DNA from: Chiloscyllium plagiosum
Taxonomy: Eukaryota
Assembly (NCBI RefSeq): GCF_004010195.1
Contig: NC_057719.1
Span: 68,165,873 to 68,229,872 of the forward strand
Direction of reading: 5' to 3'
DNA: 64,000 bases
Position numbers and translations under genes: made by a program. The notes under the pieces are model-generated. The model searched no databases. It saw only the letters and a list, made by a program, of their open reading frames with translations, and had not been told where the DNA came from. Shown here one piece after another: positions 12,163-24,950 of this stretch. Each line of letters begins with the position of its first letter. The stretch's first letter is position 1.

Positions 12163-14009
12163 AGCGTGTCGAGCACAAAAAGATAAAGAATATGCAGTTC
12201 AAAAAGTCCTTAGTCATGAAGGTGTTAGGTTAAACCTGAGACTACGGTTGTTTAATTGATGATTTACATTTCCAGCTGTGTCAAAATTTGTGTATACTTT
12301 CAAGTTCTTGGTGAACAAATATTTCTATTTGCTTTTCACCTGGCACGTCTTCGGAGGGAAAAGCAGGGAGACAGCAAGCTGTTATAAATCCATCATTCTT
12401 CGTTATGCTTTGCCAAAAAGCAGTAGCCTGAAATACAATTCTTTTATGTACACAGATATCTGGCTTCATTGTCTCGTTTCCCATAGCTGGATAATCAGCA
12501 GCTACTTCGATCCCAAGACGTGAAAATTCCAGAAAGGTAAATCAAACAGAAACTCAGATCTGAGTGACTGGTTTCAGTCATTTTAATGGCATGTTAATTT
12601 TAGTTCAGACTGGGCATTATTTGTAGATTCACAAATTGGCTTAACCTGTAGTCAAATAATCACTGTGCCCATCTTAACTCAGTGTTTTTTTGTCCCCTTT
12701 TTAAAATCTATTTTAGTCTTTAAAGATCTCAGATATTAAAAAATCAGAAGATGAAATTTGAAAATTGAGTCCATTTTCAGTACAATATCAATTCTCTTCC
12801 ACTTCATGAGTTCCCAGAATTCTATCTCTTAAGTAGATGCTTGTTAACTAAGCCAAGATCGGAAATCCAATTAATCAACAATCAGAACCTGGTTATCAAA
12901 TTCTTCCGTAGTAATTCAGGAATTGCCTTCGACTAATCAATATTTTCCTTGACATTACATCTAAGAATGAAGAAACATTTCCTTGGTCTACCATACTGAC
13001 ACTGTAATACAGCACGAACATGCCTGATCTTGTAAATGTATTTATCTAATTATTTCATCAAATTCAGTTGGCAGGGGGCTAATTTGGGTTACAAAAAGAC
13101 ATTCTAAACTATCATTAATAGTCAAGAAATAATGGGTTAACCTACAATTAAATGTAGAACGAAAGGACAATTTAGCTGAACTTAACATAAATATAGAACG
13201 AAACTCAAAACATTCAGCTGGAAAGCATCTCCAAAACCATTCGTTAGCTATCTTCCCGTCACTCAGCATGTCATTGCATGGTATATTTAGGGACTAATGT
13301 GCTAGAATCTTGACCATCACAGATTTAATCTGTGGCTTGTGTAAAGGAGTGTAATGATCTGAGCAGAGACAATGATGTTGAGTGGGAAAGTTGCCAACAC
13401 TACACATCCACTTAACTCTGCTGGAAACCAAGTATGTCTGGGAGAAGAGGCGATGATAGGAATATAATATCCCAAATACCATCCAACTTCACACAAAGAA
13501 CGGTCATACTGACATACAAGGATGCCAATGGTACGATGTGGTATCATTCACTATTTTCAGATAAGAATTGGGAAAAGAGAAGTAACTGGGAAGATCTTTT
13601 TTCTAATGGTCACTGACTGAGCATAAAAACTACAATTCTTCCAAATCCCTAAATGTATAAAACAGATTTTTAAAAAATTGGTAAACTTCATGTTCTACAA
13701 AATGCAATCCATAAGAGTGTTAGTACATCAATGAGCAGATTTGTACATCTATTGGTGATTTAATTTAGCCCATTATATACATCAACTAGGTTTATAAAAG
13801 TGCAAACTACATAAGTCAACTTTTGTATTGACAGAAGGTGGTTTATTTAGATTACAGAGCAAAATGCACGGAGAAACAAATCTTGGATTCAACCAAAATT
13901 CACCTTCTGCAGTATGTGCTGCAGCTTGACAATACCCTGTACATTGTACAGATAAAAAGGCCAAATCTTATCATTTCCCAACAGGTACAATTTAAAGAGA
14001 GATAGAAAT

Positions 14010-14260
14010 TGAGTAGCACAATGAATTAGATACTGGACTCCCTCCTCTGGGACAAGGTTCACATCCAACCGGGTTGAAAAGGATGAAAATTTCTTGACTA
14101 TTCATCGCATGCAATTAATTTGGGTAGTCTCAATCCAGTTTTTGTGGGCAGGAACAGATGGCACAGCATTGCACTGAACTGGTAATGTTATTGAGACAAG
14201 CCTAAGGAAAGTCGGTGTGGAACATGAGGAAAAATTGACAATTCTGTCTGGTCTTACAGA
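14010..14260 (+). mobile_element. Old LF-SINE-like element
   Basis: Degenerate tRNA head (GTAGCACAATG...GGTTCACATCC) and TTTGGGTAGTCTCAATCCAGTTTTTGTGGGCAGG resembling the LF-SINE core as I recall it. Confidence 0.45.
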
Positions 14261-14818
14261 GAATGGGTCAAAAGTTACAATACTGAATCTTCAGTCTACA
14301 TCCAATCATGCGACATATGTGGAAATGCCTTCTGCGATCACTGAGTGACTGAAACTGATGTCACTAACATCCCTTAATTTGATGAACACAAAAGTCCTTT
14401 ACTGAAAAAAAAAGGATACATTTTCATTTCCAGTGCTCCCTTCCACTCCAAAGCTCATCATCAGGAGCATCAAGACAGAAATTTAAACAGCTAAGAGAGC
14501 AACATCGTTGACAACAGTCCTACGCTGGTCCTACATCTAAACAAACTTAAAATGGGTAACAAAAGTGTTCACCAAATAAACAACTTTAAAAGGGGCTTTA
14601 TGAAACTTGCTACAGCAGAAAGGAAAAAGTGTATGGTAATGTCACTGGATTTAAAATACGTGGTTAATGTTCTGGAAATATAGGTTCAATTCTACCAAGG
14701 CAGAATCCAATAAAATCTGGAAATAAAAGCTAATCAAATAATAACCAAGTAACCACTGTCATCTGTCTTAAAAATCTGTTTCACTAATGTGGTTTAGGTA
14801 AAGAAATCTGCTGTCCTT

Positions 14819-16054
14819 CACTCCCAACACTCATCCCCTCCCCCCCATAGCACCTTCCTCTGCAACTGCAGCAGGTGTAACATCTGCCCATTTAGTCATA
14901 GAGATGTACAGCATGGAAACAGACCCTTCAGTTCAACCCATCCATGCCGAGCAGATATCCCAACCCAATCTAGTCCCACCTGCCAGCACCCTGCCCATAT
15001 CCCTCCAAACCCTTCCTATTCATATACCCATCCACATGCCTTTTAAATGTTGCAATTGTACCAGCCTCCACCACTTCCTCTGGCAGCTCATTCCATACAC
15101 GTACCACCCTCTGCATGAAAAAGTTGCCCCTTAGGTCTCTTTTATATCTTTCCCCTCTCACCCTAAACCTATGCCCTCTAGTTCTTGACTCCCCGACCCC
15201 AGGGAAAAGACTTTGTCTATTTATCCTACCTCCTCCCTTCTCAGTACCTAAGGGCCCAAACGTACCTTCCAGATGAGGCAGTACTTTACCTGTACTTCTC
15301 ACAATCTAGTCTACTGCATTTCGCTGCTCACAATATGGTCTCCTCGACATTGGGTAAATGAAGTGTAGACTGGGTGACCGCTTCGCAGAACATCTGCTTT
15401 CTGTTTGTAAAAAAATACCCTGAGCTTTCAGTTGCCTGTCACTTTAACACACCACCCTATTCCCTAGCCAACATCTCTGTCTCAGGCTTGCTGGAGTATT
15501 CCAGCAATGCTCAACGTAAGCTTGAAGAACACCCCCCATTTTTCACTTGGGGATCCTTAAGCCTTCCGGACTCAACATCGAGTTCAATAACTTTAGGGCC
15601 TGAACTCTCTCATGTCCTGGCCTCCTACCCCACACACCAGGCTTTGTTGTCACAGTCCGCAATTATACACTACCTACTGTTAGCCACTAACAGTTTCCAT
15701 TAACAGTTATTCACTGTCCTAGACAGATCGTTATATACTCCTTGGTCTGTCCAACTGATCTTCTCTCTCATTGGTCTTTATCCTCACTGAGAGTTTCATC
15801 CTTACACCCTCCCCCACCCTATTTCTGCATAAAGACCAACATTTTCACACACGACATGGGTGCTGGGGAAAAATAAGCACTACCGTGGTTAGGCGGTAGT
15901 GTAGGGAAAAATAAAGAGCAAAAAAAACCCCAACATGTTCCTGGCTACCATCAATTCTGAGGATGAATCACTGGACCTGAAACATTAACTCTGATTTTTC
16001 TTCACAGGTGCTGCCAGATCTGTTGAGCTTTTCCAGCAACTTCTGTTTTTGTTG
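14819..16054 (+). mobile_element. Decayed Penelope-like element (Cys-rich linker, GIY-YIG endonuclease, 3' end with degenerate hammerhead)
   Basis: Remnant CNCSRCNICPF, then GPKRTFQMRQYFTCTSHNLVYCI, RLGDRFAEHL and VACHFN...RKLEE. CTGAGGA...GAAA from 15957. TSD CTGCTGTCCTT / CTGCTATCCTT at 14808-14818 and 16055-16065. Confidence 0.85.
14894..15226 (-). mobile_element. CR1 LINE 3' end nested in the PLE
   Basis: ORF2 C-terminus TRGHRFRVRG...NFFMQRVVRVWNELPEEVVEA followed by a CTCTATGACT tail. Confidence 0.9.
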
Positions 16055-16399
16055 CTGCTATCCTTGCCTGGTCTGCCCTTCATGTGACCACTGACTCTCA
16101 TTAATGTGGTTGACCCTTAACTGCCATCTGTAATAGCTCAGCAAGCCACTAAATTGCAACAAACTATCCAAAATTCTCAGGAAAAAACATGAAGTGGACC
16201 ACTAGGCATCAGCAACGACAATGACAAACAGTCCTATGAAGTCCTCCTTCCCAACACCTGAGGGCTTGCATCAAAATTGGGAGAACTGTCCCACAGACGA
16301 GTCAAGAACAACCTGACACAAAGAGAATCATACCTTACAAATAATATTCCAGGCAAAAGTGGACATTCAACCACTGAAAAAGTAATAGAATCATAGAAT

Positions 16400-18017
16400 T
16401 CCAACAGTGTGGATGGGGAACACAAAAATGGTAGAGGAAGACACTAGCAACATACCTGAACTTCAAGAGAATCAGGCAGCAGAGATTAGTGTAGTGGCCA
16501 TCACGAAGGAAAAGGTGCTGAGGAAGCAGCTGAAAGGTCTGAAGGTGAATAAGTCACCCAGGCTAGATGGACTACACCTCATAGCTCTGAAGCATATTGC
16601 TGAGGAGACTGTATAGGCATTGGTGATTATCTTTCAGGAGTCACAGGTGTCTGAGAGGGACCTCAAGGACTGGAAAATGGCTAATGTCAGATCCCATGTA
16701 AGTAGTGAGGGAGGCAGAGGCAGTTAGCCTAACCTTAGTTATTGTTAAGATTTTAAGAGTCCAATTACAGGTGCGACTGCTTGGAAATGCATGGAATAGG
16801 GCTGAGTCAGCACAGCTTCATCAAAGAGAGATCATGTCTGACAAATCTGATAGAATTCTTTGAGAGGTAATGAGCAAGTTAAACAAAGGATAATCAGTGG
16901 TCAAATCAATTTGGATTTTCAGTAGGCCTTTGACAATGTGCCACACAGGAGACTGCGAAATAAGATAAAGCCCATGGTGTTAGGAACATGGGATGGATAG
17001 AGGATTCTACTGAATGGTGATAAAGTGGTGATAAAGGGGTCTTTTTCAAGGTGGGAACCAATCATTAATGTTATAGATTAATGATCTGGATAAAGGAACT
17101 GAGAGCACGGTTGTTAGGTTTGCAGATGACACAAAGGTTGGTGGAGGGATAAGTAGTATTGAGGAAGTGGGGGGGCTGCAGAAAGACCTGGATAGGCTAG
17201 TATAGTGGGCAACAAAGTGACAGATGGAATACAATGTGGGAAGGTATGAGGGTATGCACTTTGGTGGGAAGAATAGATGTGTAGACTATTTTCTAACTGG
17301 GGAAAGGCTTCAGAAATCTGAAACACAAAGGGACTTTGGTGTCCTAGTTCAGGATTCTTTTAAGGTTAACAGTGCAGGTTCAGTTGGTAGTTAGGAAGGC
17401 AAATGCAATGTTAGCATTTGTTTCAACAGGAGCTAGAATACAAGAGCAGAGATGTACTTCTAAGGTTGTACAAGGCTCTGGTCAGATTACATTTGGAATA
17501 TTGAGAGCATTTTTGAGCCCTGTATTAAAAGGAAAGATGTATTGGCATTGGAGGGGGTCCAAAGGTGGCTTACAAGAATGATCCTGGGGATGAAGAGCTT
17601 ATCATATAAGGAGCAGTTGAGGACATTGGTCTGTTCTCAACAGAGTTTAGAAAGATGAGGAAGGATCTCACAGAAACTTACAGAATAATGAAAGGCCGAG
17701 ATAGAGTGGTTTTGGAGAAGACGTTTCCATTAGTAGAAGAGACTAGGATTGGAGGGCACAGCCTCAGAATGAAGGGACGACCCTTTAGAACTGAGAAGAA
17801 GAAGAATTTCTTCAACCTGAGGGTAGTGAATCTGTGGAACTCATTGCTTCAGAAGGCCATGGAGATCAAGTTATTGAGTGTATAGAAGTCAGAAATAGAT
17901 GGGTTCTTTATTTGGGATGGGGATCAAGTCTTACGGGGACAAAGCGAGAGACTGGTGGTGAGACACATATCAGCCACAATCGAATGGCCTAATTCTGCTC
18001 CTATATCTTAGGTCTTA
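16400..18017 (+). mobile_element. CR1 LINE ORF2 (RT) to 3' end, decayed
   Basis: LKVNKSPRLDGLH, INDLDKG...RFADDTK, RKDLTETYRIMKG, FFNLRVVNLWNSL. Confidence 0.9.
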
Positions 18018-20994
18018 AATCACCACTATTATCTCAGGCTATGTCATGCCCCCCTTGCATGGGGAAACTTTAACGTTCATCATCAAGAGTGGCTCATTAG
18101 CACCACTGCTGACCAAGTTGGCCAAGTCCTAAAAGGTAAAGCTGCTAGACTGGATGTGACAAATGGTGAGGGCACCAATGGAAAGGAAAAATATACTTGA
18201 CGTCATCCTCACCAACCTACCTGTTGCAAATGCGTCTGCCAATTACAGTATTGGTGCAAGAGACCATCACACATTTTCAATGGAAAAAGACTTGATTTCA
18301 CATCAATGATATCCTCAATTACTCTATTATGTTGGGATAGACTTTGAAAACATCTAGCAGGCATCCATGAGATGGGGTGAACCATCAGCAGCAGCAGCAG
18401 AATTGTATTGAACCACAACCTTGGAACTGCATGACCCTTCATATCCTCCACTCCACCATTAGCATCAAACCAAGAGATCAACCCTAACTTAATGAAGGTT
18501 GAAGGAGTGCATATCACGAGCAGTGCAAGACATCCTAAAAATCAGATGGCAACCCTGTGAAGCTACCGCACAAACAATTTGCATAGCGAACAGCAAAAGT
18601 AGCATGCAATAGACAAGCTTAAACATTCCCCCAAACAACCCTGCCTCATGAAGTCATGATTTTATTTTTAAGTCAATCATATGACATGGATGTCACTGGC
18701 TGGCCAGGATTTATTGTTGCAGTTAGAAGCCCCTGAAAAGAGAGTGGTGAGCTGCCTCCTTGCACTGCTGCAGTCCATGTGCTCTAGGGAGACCCTCAAT
18801 AGCCCTAGGGAGACGTTGACACAATGACAGTGAAAGAATAGTGATCTATTTCCAAGTTAGCATGGCGAGCAGTTTTAAGGGGAACTGGCAGGTGGTGGTG
18901 TTCCCATGTAACTGCTTCCCTTGTCCTTCCAGATGTGACTGGTTGTGGGTTTGGGAGGTACTGTATAAGGATTTCTGGTGTATTTCTACAGTGCATCATC
19001 TAGGTAGTACACACTATGACTTCACAAGTACCACATGCTCAACCATGGGGGGATGCCTGTCACCTCAGTGTAAATAAACAAGAACATTTGCATTTATCTT
19101 CGGCCAGAGATGATGAGTAGTTGATCCTTCCCAGCCTCCTCCAGAGGTACCTAATGTCACTGGTACCAGTTTGCAACCAATTCACTCCAAATGATATCAA
19201 GAAACGGATGAATACCCTAGTTACTGCAAATATCCTGATAACATTTCAGCAACAGTACTGAAGACTTGTATTCCACAACTACATGTGCCCTGGCTACTCC
19301 ATACAAATGCAATACCAGCATTCAAACAGCAAGGTGGAAATTTACCCAGTATACCCTCTGCATGAAAAACAGGACAAATAAAAGTTACTGCCCCTATCAG
19401 CGTGGAGTGATGGAAGGGATCAACAGTGTTATCAAGTGGCACCTTCAAAGCAATACTCTTCTCCCTGATGCTCTGTTTAATTTCTGACAGGGTCACTCAG
19501 TTCCTCATCTCATTACAGTCTTGATACAAACACAGAGAAAAAGAGCGCAACTGAAACTGAGAGAAAGACTAGACTTGATGTCAAGGCAATATGTGATAAG
19601 AGTGTGACATTTAAGATCCCAAACAAAACTGGAATCAATGGGAATTGGGGTGAAAGCTATCTGCTGGTTGGAGTCATACCTAACACAAAGTAAGGCGGCT
19701 GTAGTTGTTGGCAGTTAATCATTTCAGTCTCAGGACATCTCTGTAGGAGTTACTCAGAATAGCACCCTTGGCGAAAGCATCTTCAGCTGCTCCATCAATG
19801 CCCTTTCCCTGCATCATAAGGTCATAAGTGGGATGCTCGCTGATGATTGCAATGTTCAGCACCATACATGACACCTCCAATACTGAATCAGTCTATATCC
19901 ATTTGTAACAAGACAATATTCAAGCCGGGCTGATGATGTTCAGGCCACACAAGAATGTGGAAACAAACATTTCCACAAGAGAGAATCAAACCATTGTCCC
20001 TTCATTTTCAATGACATGACATTTCTGAATTCCCCAGCGTCAACATCATTACAGGTTTCCATTGTTCAGGAACTCATTTATAGCTACAAGAGCAAGTAAA
20101 AAGCTAGGAACAGAGGGGGTTAATCTGTGGAAATCTGTTGAAGCGGCTGTGGAAGCCAAGTCATCGAATGTACTTGAGACAGAGATAGATATGTTCTTGG
20201 TTGGTAAGTGGATTAAGTGTTACGAGGAGAAGGCAGGAAAATAGGCTTGAGAAACTTATCAGCCATGATTGAATGGCAGGACAGATTCAATTGGCCAAAT
20301 GGCCCAATTCTGCTCCTACCTTTGTGGTACATTGCAGTCCTGTTGAGTTATAAGGCACAAGTCAGGAGTGCGATGGAATACTCCTAACGCACTTGAATGA
20401 GCACAGCTCCAGCATCGCTCAAAAATGCTGACACCATCCAGGAGAAAGCAGCCCACAATACTGGTGCGCCTTCCACCCGCTTCAATATTCCCCCACTTCA
20501 TCACCAACAGTGACAGCAGTGTGTATCATATACAAGATGCAGTGCAGAAATTCATCAAGGCTCCTTAGCTAGCAGCTTCTAAATGCATGACCACTATCAC
20601 CTAGAACATGAAGGAAGGCAGACGAGAAAAGTAAAGGGTGCACCTAGGAACACAGGGATGAGTGGATTACCATTATGAAATGGTTCTATAGGTGGATTGT
20701 GAGCCAATGATATTTGTGAAAGAGATATTAAAATTAGCATGAGATATTTAGAATAAGTATTGTTGAATTCAGTTTGAGACACGTGCCAGATATAAATTAG
20801 AGAGAGATACTAGGATTAGGCAGAATATGCCTTGCCCATAAAGCTTTGTTCATTTCGGGTTTGAAATTAGCTCATTAGTCAAACTATACAACCATATTAA
20901 AGGTTTCATGAGCTACCAAGGTATCACCACAAATTTAGACTCACTATGAGTCAGTGGTATTCTAAAAGGTAAATTATACCACCTGTTTGCATGT

Positions 20995-21186
20995 TGGGGA
21001 GGGAGCGGAGGCTGGTACAATTACAACATTTAAAAGACATCTGGCTGGGTATATGAACAGGAAGGATTTATGGGATATGGGTCAAGTGCAGGCAAATGGA
21101 ATTTGATTAATTTAGGATATCTGGTCAGCGTGGATGAGTTGGACAAAGGATCTGTTTCAGTGCTGTATATCTCTATGACTCCATGA
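20995..21186 (+). mobile_element. CR1 3' end fragment
   Basis: GGAGGCTGGTACAATTACAACATTTAAAAG...CTCTATGACTCCATGA tail. Confidence 0.85.
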
Positions 21187-21394
21187 GGCAGAAACATCGC
21201 CACAGTTGACATCAATACACAGGTGAGAGCTGCCTCAAATGCAGCAAGTAGACAAGGTGAAGGGAGCACATTACAGGGTGATGAAGTGCATCTGATCTGG
21301 CCCTACAGACATGGAAGGAGAAACTATTATACTAGATGTGCTATGCTCTGCAACAACACAACTTTAGAATCTTGGTGAAGGAAAGGAGTTACTT

Positions 21395-21845
21395 TGACAC
21401 AACGAGAATTGCAAACACCATTCAAGATCGGAGACGGTTACAAAGAATGGTGAACTTGGCCTGGACAATCACAGAGGCCAACCTCCCATCTACAGAATCC
21501 ATCTACCAGGCCCACTATCAAGGGAAGGCCGCCAGCATTCTCAAAGATCTATCCTACTCTGGCAATATTTTTCTACAACCTCTACCATCAGGGAGAAGGC
21601 ACAGAAGCCTGAACACACGCACCAGCTGGTTTTGTAACTGTTTCTACTCTACTGTTGTTCGAATACTGAATGGACTCACAAACTCTTAGCATTTGCCTGT
21701 ACCTGTGTTTTTGATTTTGCTGCTGTTTACTTATTACTTCCTTATCTCTACGACTTAACTGTATGATCTGCCTGTATTGCTCGCAAGACAAAGCTTTTCA
21801 CTGTGCCCTCGGTACACGTGACAATAAATTCAATTCATTTCAAAT
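21395..21845 (+). mobile_element. Rex1/Babar-type LINE 3' end
   Basis: DRRRLQRMV...LPS..SIY...KAASILKD...LPSGRRHRSL..RT...LN, typical of the Rex1 ORF2 C-terminus; short AATTC-repeat tail. Confidence 0.75.
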
Positions 21846-22499
21846 TACTTCATATAGATGCAAGAGCCCAAGTGATGTTGAACTACTACAATTACAACTT
21901 TAAATCATTTATATTAAAAAATTAATTAACTCTTGTTACGATAGCTACAACATAAATTGTTAAATATGCTGTCAGGGATTCAAAGATTTAAAATTAACTT
22001 CAAGCTTCTCATTAATAAAACCTTTGGAAGACCAATGAAAAACAATGCAGAAGAACTGAAAAATGCAAAAGGTTCAGGCTTTCACAAGTATGCATGTCAC
22101 CTAGAAACTTACATCATCTGAAATAAAAATTCAACAAGACCTTCTCCTGTAATTTGACAAGTGACGACTGTTATTTCACATCCTGCTAAAACATGAACAC
22201 AAATTAATCACCATGGCTGAATGTTCTTTCCTACATTCAAAAGGTAAAAAATGATGAGTAATTTGTAATTTGGGCAACATTATTCTGCTATCTTTCTATG
22301 CTTTGGAAATTCTCCTTCCTTTTACCTTTACCTATGTACCCTTTACATTTCAACACAGAACACTGCTGTATGACCAACATCAACATCCCTGCACATGTTT
22401 GTTGCAGAGGGCAGATCCAGCAGAGGTGGCAGCACATTGGTATACAGTCAGAATGGAATTACCCAAGGAGTGTTCAGCATTGACTCCAGACACCACAAA

Positions 22500-24950
22500 G
22501 TCTCATGGCTTTAGGTTAAACATGGGGAAGGAAATCTCCTACTGCTTATGATATACTGTCCTCCCTTGGCTAATGAATCAATCCTTCTCAATGTTGAACA
22601 ACACTGAGAGGAAGCACTGAAGGTATCAGATGTGCAAATTGTAGTCTAGGTGGGAAATTTCAATATCCACCACCAACAGTGGCCTTGCAGCAGCACTACT
22701 GATTAAGCTAGTTGGGTCTTAAAGAACATTGCTGCTAGACTGGGTCTGGAGAGATGGCATGGGAACCAAGAGAGAACAACATACTTGATCTCATCCTTAC
22801 CAATTTGCTGGCTGCAGATGCATATGTCCATGGAGTATCAGTAAGAGCAAAACACACATTCCTTGTGGAGATGATGTCTCACCTTCACACTGAGAATACC
22901 ATCTATCGTGCTGTGTGGCGCTATTAGTGTACTACATTGGACAGACATCAAACAGGTCTCACGTCTCAAGACTGGGCATGAGGCACTGTGGGCCGTCAAC
23001 AATGGCAGAATTGTACTCCAGCACAATCAGCAACCTTATGGCCTGGCATATCCCCTCATTCAACCATTACCATCAAGCCAGGGATCAACCCTGATTCAAT
23101 GGAGTGTGCAGGACGGCATGCCAAGAGCAGCATATGGCATAACTAAAAATGTGGTGTCAACTTATTGAAGATACCAAACAGGCTATTAATACTGTTTGTC
23201 ACACAAATAGTCAAGTGATAGATAGAGCTAAGTGATCCCGTTACCAATTGATCAGACGTAAGGTCTGCGGTCCTGCCACTATCACTCGTGAATGGCGGCG
23301 AACAATTAACAATTTACCGGAGGAGGCGGCTCCACTAATATTCCCATCCTTAAATGATGGAAGAACCCAATACATTAGTGCAAAAGATAAAGCTGAAGCA
23401 TTTGCAGCAATCTTCAAGCAGAAGTGTTGAGTTGGAAGCACTTGATACTGCAAAGATGATGGGCTCCAATAACATTCCAGCAATAGTACTGAGGATGTGC
23501 TCCAGAACTTGCCACTCCACTAGCCAAGTTCTGCCAGTACAGTTACAACACTGACATCCACCCTCAATGTGGAAAACAGTCCATGTATGCCCGGTACACA
23601 AAACTCAGGACAAATCTAATCTGGACAATTACCGCACCATCAGTTTACTTTCAATCATCAGTAAAATGATGGAAGATGTCATTAAAAGCAACAATTGCTC
23701 ATTAGTAATCTTCTCACTGACATCCAATTTGGGTTCTGCCAGGACCATTCAGCTCTGACTTCATTGTAGCCTTGGTTCATACATGGACAAAAGAGCTTAG
23801 TTCCAGAGTTGAGGTGAGTGGTAGACCTTGACGTCAAGGCTGCATTTGTCCAACTACAGCATCAAGGAACCCTCAGCAAAACTGAAATCAATGGGCACAA
23901 GGGGAATAACTCTCAGGTGGTTGGAGTCATACCTGGCATACAGGAAGATAATTGTGGTTGCTCAAGGTCAGTCATCTCAGCTCCAGGACATCTCTGCAGG
24001 AGTTCCTCAGACCATGGCTCAACAACCTTCAAATGATTTGCCACCTTCCCTCCATCATAAAGGTCAGAAGTGGGGATGTTAGCCCATGACTGCACCACAT
24101 CTAGCACCATTCACAACTTCTCAGATACTGAAGCAGTCCATGTTCAAATGCCACAAGATTCAGCCAACATCCTGGCTACGAGTGACAAGTCGCAAATAAC
24201 ATTCATACTACACCAGTGCCAGGCAATGACAATCTCCAATAAGAGACGATCTAATCACCACCCCTTGACAACCAAAAGTGTTATCATCACAGAATCCCCC
24301 AATGTCAACATCCTGGGGATTACCATTGACCAGAAGCTGAACTGGACTCGCCACAGTGACCCAAAAGCAGGTCAGAAGCCAGGAGTCCTGCAGTGACTAA
24401 CTCACCTCCTTACTCTTCAGCAACTGTCGACCATTTACAAGGCACAAATAAGGAAAATGACAGAATACTTCCACTTATTACAATGCATGCAGTTTCAACA
24501 GCACTCAAGAAGCTTGACAGTATACAAGAGGAAAGCAGCCCGCTTGACTCACACCACATCCACAAGCAACAAGTTCCTCCACCTTCGATACTCAGGAGCA
24601 GCAACATGTACTAAAAGATGCACTGCCAAAATTCATAAAAAACTTCAGACAGTATCTTCCAAACCCACAATCACTTCGACTTAGCAGGACAAGGGCAGTA
24701 GACACGTGAGAACACCACCACCTGCAAATTCCCCTCAAAGCCACTCACCGTCCTGACTTGCAAATACATTGCCATTCCTTCTCTGTCACTGGGTCAAAAT
24801 CCTAGAACTCACTCCCAAAGGGCATTCATTGTCGGTTAACCCACAGCATGTGGAATGCAGTAGTTCAAGAATGCAGTTCACCACAGCAACTAGGGACAGG
24901 CAATAAATGCTAACCAATCAGTGACTCCCATGTTCTGCAAATGAACAAAA
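22500..24950 (+). mobile_element. CR1/L2-group LINE (family B) ORF2 and 3' UTR, decayed
   Basis: KDKAEAFAAIF, WK..VCPVHK.QDKSN..NYRTISLLSIISK, ISAGVPQ, ILGITIDQKLNW; 3' UTR with AATAAA shared with other copies. Confidence 0.88.

Larger units (their letters stand above)
14630..20625 (+). mobile_element. Fragmented CR1/L2-group LINE (family B) with a tRNA-like 5' segment, interrupted by several nested insertions
   Basis: Pieces at ~14630-14818, 16055-16355, 18020-18660, 19020-20100 and 20320-20625. APE start (VLLPNT*GLASKLGELSHRRVK...ESYL), MG..NVHHQEWL, RT motifs QDISVGVTQ and ADD. Confidence 0.7.
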
